DNA of 64,000 nucleotides from an uncultured Methanosarcinales archaeon (lineage in GTDB: Archaea > Nanobdellota > Nanobdellia > Woesearchaeales > GW2011-AR9): assembly GCA_964344235.1 (NCBI GenBank), contig CAYFMJ010000002.1:96001-160000 (forward strand), read 5' to 3'. Below the pieces are notes generated by a model, which saw only the letters and a list, made by a program, of their open reading frames with translations, was not told the DNA's origin and made no database searches. Made by a program: the position numbers and the translations under genes. Below are positions 57,550 through 64,000 of the stretch, piece after piece. Within the stretch, counting starts at the first letter, position 1, and every line of letters starts with the position of its first letter.

Positions 57550-60120
57550 ATGAATAGACAAGTACACAAGCGGATCAAGAGCATCAGTTTTGGTGTGATG
57601 GCGCCAAACCATATCGTCGATGCAGCGGCAGCTAAAATTGTGACACCAGAATTGTATGACCGAGAGGGATACCCAGTAGATGGTGGTTTGATGGATTTAC
57701 GATTGGGTGTTATTGATCCTGGTTTACGATGTAAGACTGATGGTGGAAGATTAAAAGAATCGTTTGGTCACTTTGGATATATTGAATTAGCTCGACCCGT
57801 TATTCACATTAAATTTGTGCGACAGATTCTGGACATATTACGGTGTACGGACAAAGAAACAGGACGATTATTGGTTTCTGATGAAGAAGTTAAGAAGTAT
57901 ATGAAGCAAATTGATACTGTTGGCCAAGAAGGTGGCGGTTTTGCTCTACGTCGGAAAAAGATTAAAGAGATTATTCGAAAAATTGCAGCTCGTACAAAAG
58001 GTGCCGATGGTAAGCCACGAGAGAAAATTCGATTAGAAAAACCATATTCCTATTACGAGGGGGACACTCGATTAAGTCCGATTGAAGTGCGGGCGAGATT
58101 AGAGAAAGTGTCTGAAGAAGATCTTCCGTTATTTGGTTTTGCAAAAGGGTTTAGACCAGAATGGATGGTTCTAACTGTTTTACAAATTCCGCCAGTAACA
58201 ATGCGGCCTTCGATTACGCTTGAAAGTGGTGAGCGAAGTGAAGATGATTTAACACATAAGCTGGGGGATATTGTACGGATTAACCAGCGATTATTTGAGA
58301 ATATTAACGCAGGAGCTCCAGAGGTTATTATTGAAGATTTATGGGACTTACTACAGTATCACGTAACAACATTCTTTGATAACAGTGTAGCACAGTTACC
58401 GCCTGCTCGCCATAGGGGTGGACAGGTTCTGAAGACTCTTGCAAGTAGAGTAGCAAGTAAGGATGGAAGAATTCGTCATAACTTAGCGGGAAAAAGAACA
58501 GATTTCTCAGCACGGACAGTTATTTCCCCAGACCCATTAATTAAGTTGAATGAGGTTGGGGTGCCACAACGAATGGCAATGAACCTAACTGTGCCAGAAA
58601 GAGTGACTGAATGGAATAAAGAATATGTTAAGAAGTTTGTTGAAAACGGTCCTAAGAAATACCCTGGGGCAAATTATATTATCAAACCTGACGGAAAACG
58701 GAAAACAATTACTGTGGAGACACAGGAAGAGATTCTTGAGGAGCTGGATAACGGTTATATCGTGGAAAGACACTTGCTAGATGGGGATGTTGCATTATTT
58801 AACAGACAGCCATCATTGCACAGAATGAGTATGATGTGTCATCTAGTGAAAGTTCTCCCAGGTAAAACGTTTAGATTAAACCCCTCTGTTTGTAACCCAT
58901 ATAACGCAGATTTCGACGGGGATGAGATGAACTTACATATTCCTCAAACAGAAGAAGCGCGAGCGGAAGCGAAGATTTTGATGTTAGTAGAAACACAGAT
59001 TATCAGTCCTCGTTATGGTTTAAGTGTTGTGGGATGTATTCACGATGCAATTACAGGGAATTATTTGTTAACAAAAGAGCTAGTCTTCTATCGAGATGAA
59101 GCAGCAGATCTACTGTTTAATTGTGGTGTAACTGATTTATCGAGACTACCAAAGAAAGAGAAAGTTGATGGGAAAGAAGTGTTCTCAATGTTACTGCCAT
59201 CCGATTTTAGTTTTGTTGGAAAAGATAAGAGTGGCAATGAAGTTAAAATTGTTAACGGAATGTTGAAATCCGGGTTAATGGACAAGTCAAACTTAGGTCA
59301 AGAATCTGGGTTAATGCTGCGGAACATCTATGAAACGTACGGTCCAGCGTATACAGCAGGACTACTTGGAAGAATTTCGAAGTTAGGAACTCTTGTGTTA
59401 GCACGAAGAGGTTTCTCGATAGGATTACGTGATATGGATTTATCAGAAGAAACGATTGCAGATGTCGCCGCAGTTATTACAAAAGCAGAACAGGATGTTG
59501 CACAGTTGGTTGACCAGTTCCATGCAGGAAAATTAGCGGCACTGCCAGGAAGAACCGTTGAAGAAACAGTAGAAGTGCGGATTTTGGAAGTGCTAAATAA
59601 AGCTCGGAATAAAGCAGGGGATGTGGCGATGAAACAAGTGAAGAATAGTTCTGCATTAACAATGGCTCGTTGCGGTTCTAGAGGAAACCCACTAAACATC
59701 GCACAGATGACTGCGGTAGTGGGCCAGTTAGCTCTTCGTGGGAAGCGGATTGATAAAGGATTTAGTGGAAGAACATTATCATATTTCAAGAGAAATGATT
59801 TGAACCCGAAAGCACGTGGGTTTGTTAAGAATAACTTTAAGTCTGGGTTAGCGCCGCATGAGTTCTTCTTTGGAGCTATGACGGGAAGAGACGCTCTGAT
59901 GGATACCGCTTTACGAACACCTAAATCAGGATATTTATATCGAAGATTATCGAATGCTATGCAGGATCTTAAAGTTGAGTATGATAGTACTGTTAGAGAT
60001 GCAAGTAGTAAGATTGTGCAGTTTGCGTATGGGGAAGACGGTTTAGACGTTTCCAAGACGAAGAACGGAGTTGTTGACGTTCCAACGATTATCAGAACGG
60101 TTGTGGGTGAGAAACAATGA
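57550..60120 (+). CDS. rpoA1: RNA polymerase subunit A' (Rpo1N)
   Basis: Catalytic [31 protein letters not shown]. Confidence 0.95.
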   Translation: MNRQVHKRIKSISFGVMAPNHIVDAAAAKIVTPELYDREGYPVDGGLMDLRLGVIDPGLRCKTDGGRLKESFGHFGYIELARPVIHIKFVRQILDILRCTDKETGRLLVSDEEVKKYMKQIDTVGQEGGGFALRRKKIKEIIRKIAARTKGADGKPREKIRLEKPYSYYEGDTRLSPIEVRARLEKVSEEDLPLFGFAKGFRPEWMVLTVLQIPPVTMRPSITLESGERSEDDLTHKLGDIVRINQRLFENINAGAPEVIIEDLWDLLQYHVTTFFDNSVAQLPPARHRGGQVLKTLASRVASKDGRIRHNLAGKRTDFSARTVISPDPLIKLNEVGVPQRMAMNLTVPERVTEWNKEYVKKFVENGPKKYPGANYIIKPDGKRKTITVETQEEILEELDNGYIVERHLLDGDVALFNRQPSLHRMSMMCHLVKVLPGKTFRLNPSVCNPYNADFDGDEMNLHIPQTEEARAEAKILMLVETQIISPRYGLSVVGCIHDAITGNYLLTKELVFYRDEAADLLFNCGVTDLSRLPKKEKVDGKEVFSMLLPSDFSFVGKDKSGNEVKIVNGMLKSGLMDKSNLGQESGLMLRNIYETYGPAYTAGLLGRISKLGTLVLARRGFSIGLRDMDLSEETIADVAAVITKAEQDVAQLVDQFHAGKLAALPGRTVEETVEVRILEVLNKARNKAGDVAMKQVKNSSALTMARCGSRGNPLNIAQMTAVVGQLALRGKRIDKGFSGRTLSYFKRNDLNPKARGFVKNNFKSGLAPHEFFFGAMTGRDALMDTALRTPKSGYLYRRLSNAMQDLKVEYDSTVRDASSKIVQFAYGEDGLDVSKTKNGVVDVPTIIRTVVGEKQ

Positions 60121-61259
60121 AAGAAGAACATCAGAAATTAGTGAATGAGTACAAGAAAAAATTACCTGCTTCTGTGTTAGCTGAGATTACTGATACTGTT
60201 CCCGGAAATATTTCCAAAGCGGCTTTGACAAAGATTTTAGAGAAAACAGTTGAAACCTATGACGCTGCTCGTGTGAATGCGGGGGAATGTGTTGGTTTAG
60301 TTTCGGCAGAAAGTATTGGAGAGCCAGGTACCCAGATGACTCTGAACACATTCCACTTCGCGGGAGTTGCAGAGATGAACGTTACAACGGGTCTACCACG
60401 AATTATTGAAATTTTTGATGCACAAAAATCAATCAAAACTCCAATGATGGAAGTTTACTTGAAAAGCCCCCACAATAAAGTTGAGAATGTTGCAAAGTTT
60501 GCTTCTCGTATTAAAGCAACATTGTTGGGAGAATTCGTTTCAGAATACTCATTAAACATCTTTGAGCAAACATTAACATTAAGGTTAAATATGGATCTAC
60601 TAGAAGCACACGGTCTACAAGTAAAGGATTTAGCATCATCCTCACGGACCAAAGCAAAAGGCTTTTCAGTGAAAACGGGAGAGAATGAGATTACGTATAC
60701 ACAGAAAGGTAAAGCAGAAGAGATTAAAGATTTGTATGCATTAAAGGAAAAGATTCGAAAAGTTAAGGTATCTGGTTTAAAGGGAATTACACAAGTTCTT
60801 CCTGTAAAGAGAGGGGAAGAGTATATTGTGTTAACGTCAGGTATTAACTTGAAAGAAGTGTTAGCAATGCCAGAAGTTGATCCAACACGAACTATTAGTA
60901 ACGATATTTATGAAATCAGAGATGTGTTAGGGATTGAAGCAGCTCGGCAAGCAATCATTAATGAAGTATACAAAGTTATTGAGGCACAGGGTTTGAATAT
61001 TGATATTCGGCACATTATGTTGGTAGCGGATATCATGTCAGTGAGTGGGAAAGTAAAAGGTATCACTCGATACGGTGTTGTTAGTGAGAAAGCATCAGTA
61101 CTGGCTAGAGCGTCGTTTGAGACACCGATCACCCATTTAATGAATGCTGCATTGGAAGGCGAAGTTGATAATTTAACATCAGTTGTAGAAAATGTTATGA
61201 TTAACCAACCAGTTCCTCTTGGGACTGGCTTACCTGGTTTAATCACAAAGATGAAGTGA
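60117..61259 (+). CDS. rpoA2: RNA polymerase subunit A'' (Rpo1C)
   Basis: [44 protein letters not shown]. Confidence 0.95.
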   Translation: MKEEHQKLVNEYKKKLPASVLAEITDTVPGNISKAALTKILEKTVETYDAARVNAGECVGLVSAESIGEPGTQMTLNTFHFAGVAEMNVTTGLPRIIEIFDAQKSIKTPMMEVYLKSPHNKVENVAKFASRIKATLLGEFVSEYSLNIFEQTLTLRLNMDLLEAHGLQVKDLASSSRTKAKGFSVKTGENEITYTQKGKAEEIKDLYALKEKIRKVKVSGLKGITQVLPVKRGEEYIVLTSGINLKEVLAMPEVDPTRTISNDIYEIRDVLGIEAARQAIINEVYKVIEAQGLNIDIRHIMLVADIMSVSGKVKGITRYGVVSEKASVLARASFETPITHLMNAALEGEVDNLTSVVENVMINQPVPLGTGLPGLITKMK

Positions 61260-61273
61260 GGGTGTAGGGAATA

Positions 61274-61561
61274 ATGGCAAAGCGAAAAGAAGTTGATGAA
61301 CAATCAAAAGAATTGAAAGGATTTGTACAGGGTAAGAAAGTTGTCTATGGAACTGATCAGGTTATGAAAGGCCTGAAAGCGAAGTCGCTTGTGAAAGTGT
61401 ATGTTGCAAGTAATACTCGTCAGGATGTTCGTGAAGACATTGCACATTATGCTAATTTGGCAGGGATTCCTGTCGTTGAGTTAGGTTTTGACAACGAGGA
61501 ACTTGGTGTTTTCTGTAAGAAGAATTTCTTTGTTTCTGTTCTTGGCGTGATTGGTGCGTAA
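61274..61561 (+). CDS. rpl30e: 50S ribosomal protein L30e
   Basis: GKKVVYGTDQVMK...NEELGVFCKKNFFVSVLGV; sits at the canonical position after rpoA2. Confidence 0.85.
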   Translation: MAKRKEVDEQSKELKGFVQGKKVVYGTDQVMKGLKAKSLVKVYVASNTRQDVREDIAHYANLAGIPVVELGFDNEELGVFCKKNFFVSVLGVIGA

Positions 61562-61979
61562 GTTGGTACGCATAAAGTTAGACCAAGAAGCGTTGGGTTT
61601 ATCTGCAGTGTTTGAGAGAATGACCCGTGCGCGTGTGAAAGATTGCTTTAAAGAAGAAGATGCGTTATATTTTGTCGTTGCACCTGGTGAGCTCGGGAAA
61701 GCCATTGGAAAAGGTGGCGTAATGATTCGTAAGTTAACGGAGCGGTTTCGGCAACCAGTTCGAGTTATTGAGTTTAGAGATACGGTGGAGCGGTTTGTAC
61801 AGAATGTCATTTACCCTGTGAAAGTGCAGCGGATTTACGTTGAAGATAATGTTGTGTTGATCTCAGATGAGGATCGATCAGTGAAAGGAAAAGTTATTGG
61901 TAGGTCCGGAACACGGTTAGCGTTTGTCAATCGTGTGGTGAAGCGATTCTTTGATGTGAGTGAGGTTAAAGTCGTTTGA
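61551..61979 (+). CDS. nusA: Archaeal NusA (KH domains)
   Basis: GELGKAIGKGG...VIGRSG. Confidence 0.9.
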   Translation: MVRKLVRIKLDQEALGLSAVFERMTRARVKDCFKEEDALYFVVAPGELGKAIGKGGVMIRKLTERFRQPVRVIEFRDTVERFVQNVIYPVKVQRIYVEDNVVLISDEDRSVKGKVIGRSGTRLAFVNRVVKRFFDVSEVKVV

Positions 61980-62006
61980 GAATACCGTTATTTGTCCACA
62001 GTAAAG

Positions 62007-62014
62007 TTTATAAA
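62007..62014 (+). promoter_or_regulatory. TATA box upstream of rps12
   Basis: TTTATAAA with a BRE-like GTAAAG, 23 nt before the ATG. Confidence 0.55.
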
Positions 62015-62036
62015 TGAACTGGGTTGAGAAGAGAAT

Positions 62037-62456
62037 ATGGCTAATAAAGCACGAGGATTAGGAGCAGCAAAGAAGCTGATGAAGCGTCGGAGCAGCTCTA
62101 AGCTTCCGAATAAAACAAAGCGGAAGAAAAAAGTAGATCCTCTGGCTGGAAGCTCCCAAGCAAAGGCTATTGTTCTGGAGAAAATTCAGGTAGAAGCAAA
62201 GCAGCCGAACTCAGCAATGAGGAAATGTGCAAGAGTGCAATTAGTAAAGAATGGAAAACAGATTACTGCATTTATGCCGGGTGATGGTGCTCAGAAGTTA
62301 ATCAACGAGCACGATGAAGTTATTATCGAATGTATTGGTGGAAAGATGGGTCGAGCAAAAGGAGATATTCCTGGTGTGAGATGGCAAGTTCTTAAAGTGA
62401 ATGATCAGAGTTTGAAAGCGTTATTAGGCGGTAAGTTGGAGAAAGCAAGACGATGA
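62037..62456 (+). CDS. rps12: 30S ribosomal protein S12
   Basis: [22 protein letters not shown]...GDIPGVRW. Confidence 0.95.
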   Translation: MANKARGLGAAKKLMKRRSSSKLPNKTKRKKKVDPLAGSSQAKAIVLEKIQVEAKQPNSAMRKCARVQLVKNGKQITAFMPGDGAQKLINEHDEVIIECIGGKMGRAKGDIPGVRWQVLKVNDQSLKALLGGKLEKARR

Positions 62457-63052
62457 GCGATATAAAATTTTTCAACAGATGGAGTGCTGGGGGAGTTACA
62501 GTGGAAGATCTTGGCTTACAAAAATACATGGCGCTTGATCCGCGAATTGTTCCGAAGACTGGCGCACGATATGCTGGAAATCGATTCCATAAATCACAGA
62601 CATTTATTGTTGAAAGATTAGCATCAAAGTTAATGAGTTCAGGTCACAAAGGGAAGAAACATTTTATGAGTTCTGGCCACAATACTGGGAAGAAAACAAA
62701 AGTATTGAAAGTGGTTGAGAGTGCGTTGGCGAAAGCAGAAGCAAAGTTGAACGTAAACCCTCTCGCTATCGTTGTGAAAGCTATTGAGAATGCAGCACCT
62801 CGGGAAGAAGTTATTGCAATTGAGTATGGAGGAGCACGATATCCGAAAGCTGTTGACGTAGCGCCTCAGAGACGAATTGATTTAGTTCTGAAATTTATGG
62901 TACAGGGAGCGTATTCTAAGTCATTTAACAAGAAAAAGAGTATTGAAGATGCACTGGCAGAAGAATTAATCGCAGCATTTCAGTCAAGTGCTAAGAGTAA
63001 TGCAATCGCTAAAAAGAGAGATTTAGAGCGACAGGCTGCAAGTAGTAAATAA
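62453..63052 (+). CDS. rps7: 30S ribosomal protein S7
   Basis: IVERL...[10 protein letters not shown]...[12 protein letters not shown]...[17 protein letters not shown]. Confidence 0.95.
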   Translation: MSDIKFFNRWSAGGVTVEDLGLQKYMALDPRIVPKTGARYAGNRFHKSQTFIVERLASKLMSSGHKGKKHFMSSGHNTGKKTKVLKVVESALAKAEAKLNVNPLAIVVKAIENAAPREEVIAIEYGGARYPKAVDVAPQRRIDLVLKFMVQGAYSKSFNKKKSIEDALAEELIAAFQSSAKSNAIAKKRDLERQAASSK

Positions 63053-63054
63053 AT

Positions 63055-63615
63055 ATGAGTTCTGATATTGTCTATGGGCATGTTGAACGTTATGTCGCCG
63101 CTCATTTAGGGAGGGACCCATGGATTCCGCTAAAATTGCGTGATATTGCTCTGTACGTTTTAGAGGAAGGGATTGTTGGAAGTCTTGATGAAGATGCACG
63201 GAAAGAAGTCGGACCGGCAGTTTCTCTTGCTCTAGGTGGAAACTTTCAAAACATGCCCAAATTTACCTCTGATGTCGTTGATAGAACCAGGGAAGTTAGA
63301 GCGACTGTTGAAGATAATTATAGTGCTCTTGGTCTAGAGCCGTTTGGATTGAGAATAGCTTATTTTTGCAGTTTTTCTGCAAGACCCCAATATCAACAAG
63401 TGGATTATCTTAGTAAATTGATGAGTGTTGTTGAGATGGAATTTGGTGGTGAGGCATGGTCTTTAAATCAATTGTGGCCTGCATTAGCAAGTCAAGGGAG
63501 ACCAAATGTGAAACCAACAGACTTCGTAAAAGGAGCAGTAAGGGATCTCGTTAGAGAAGGACGCTTACGTGTGAAAGAAAATGGTAGTGGTGCCATGCAT
63601 TATCAGAAATGCTAA
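63055..63615 (+). CDS. Hypothetical protein
   Basis: 186-aa ORF directly after rps7; a possible C-terminal winged helix. Confidence 0.55.
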   Translation: MSSDIVYGHVERYVAAHLGRDPWIPLKLRDIALYVLEEGIVGSLDEDARKEVGPAVSLALGGNFQNMPKFTSDVVDRTREVRATVEDNYSALGLEPFGLRIAYFCSFSARPQYQQVDYLSKLMSVVEMEFGGEAWSLNQLWPALASQGRPNVKPTDFVKGAVRDLVREGRLRVKENGSGAMHYQKC

Positions 63616-63666
63616 TGTTTCAACTTATGTAATTAGTTTTTTAAAGAATTCACATATTTTTGTTCT

Positions 63667-64000
63667 ATGATTATTGTTGGTATTGAAAGTACAGCACATA
63701 CGTTTGGAGTAGGGATTGTTACGTCAGAGGGTAGTGTGTTGTCTAATGTGAAAGATATGTTCACTTCCGAGAGTGAGGGGATGATTCCGGATAAAGTAGC
63801 GGAGCATCATGAACGGGTGTGTGATGATGTATTGAAGAAAGCATTGGAGGAGGCGGACGTGGGTATGGAAGATGTCAAACTGATTGCGTATTCTGCGGGC
63901 CCGGGCTTGGACCCATGCTTGTGGAAAGGATATCATTTTGCTAAGAAGTTGTCGGAAGAGCATGGTGTGGAGTTAGTTGGTGTGAATCATTGTTGTGCTC
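63667..64000 (+). CDS. kae1: tRNA N6-threonylcarbamoyltransferase Kae1 (5' part)
   Basis: Not in the ORF track. Manual translation MIIVGIESTAHTFGVGIV...GMIPDKVAEHH...IAYSAGPGLDPCL...VGVNHC; runs off the window. Confidence 0.9.
   Translation, partial: MIIVGIESTAHTFGVGIVTSEGSVLSNVKDMFTSESEGMIPDKVAEHHERVCDDVLKKALEEADVGMEDVKLIAYSAGPGLDPCLWKGYHFAKKLSEEHGVELVGVNHCCA

Noticed and set aside
54244-61259. Split RNA polymerase subunits, or inteins, as a novelty
   Set aside because: The A'/A'' and B''/B' splits are standard in many archaea, and protein lengths leave no room for inteins.

Overview
This is a 64-kb chromosomal window from an archaeon, most likely a DPANN Woesearchaeota-type organism. The assignment rests on rps6e, rpl30e, rpoH, split rpoB''/B' and rpoA'/A'', a short AlaRS, archaeal TATA promoters, BHB-type tRNA introns and translation table 11. 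Housekeeping genes include ftsZ, sepF, ftsY, pfdA, proS, ileS, alaS, taw1, an MtaB-type tRNA methylthiotransferase, the RNAP-rpl30e-nusA-rps12-rps7 cluster and a partial kae1. A 13-kb cluster (7.0-19.8 kb) encodes acidic surface proteins with LamG, TSP3 and TSP1-like repeats plus an adjacent dockerin/cohesin pair. There is also a RelE-type toxin-antitoxin pair, several orphan genes and two free-standing LAGLIDADG endonuclease genes. Two signals stand out. (1) One LAGLIDADG gene has invaded the 5' end of the tRNA methylthiotransferase gene. It left a 21-codon remnant upstream and supplies a synonymously recoded replacement N-terminus downstream. (2) All five tRNA genes are interrupted, with 11 BHB introns in total. 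The tRNA-Tyr has an intron inside the anticodon (35/36) and a 2-nt exon, and it is overlapped antisense by the second LAGLIDADG gene. Several unexplained GC-rich structured intergenic elements are also present. All domain and family calls were made by eye; no database searches or folding programs were run.
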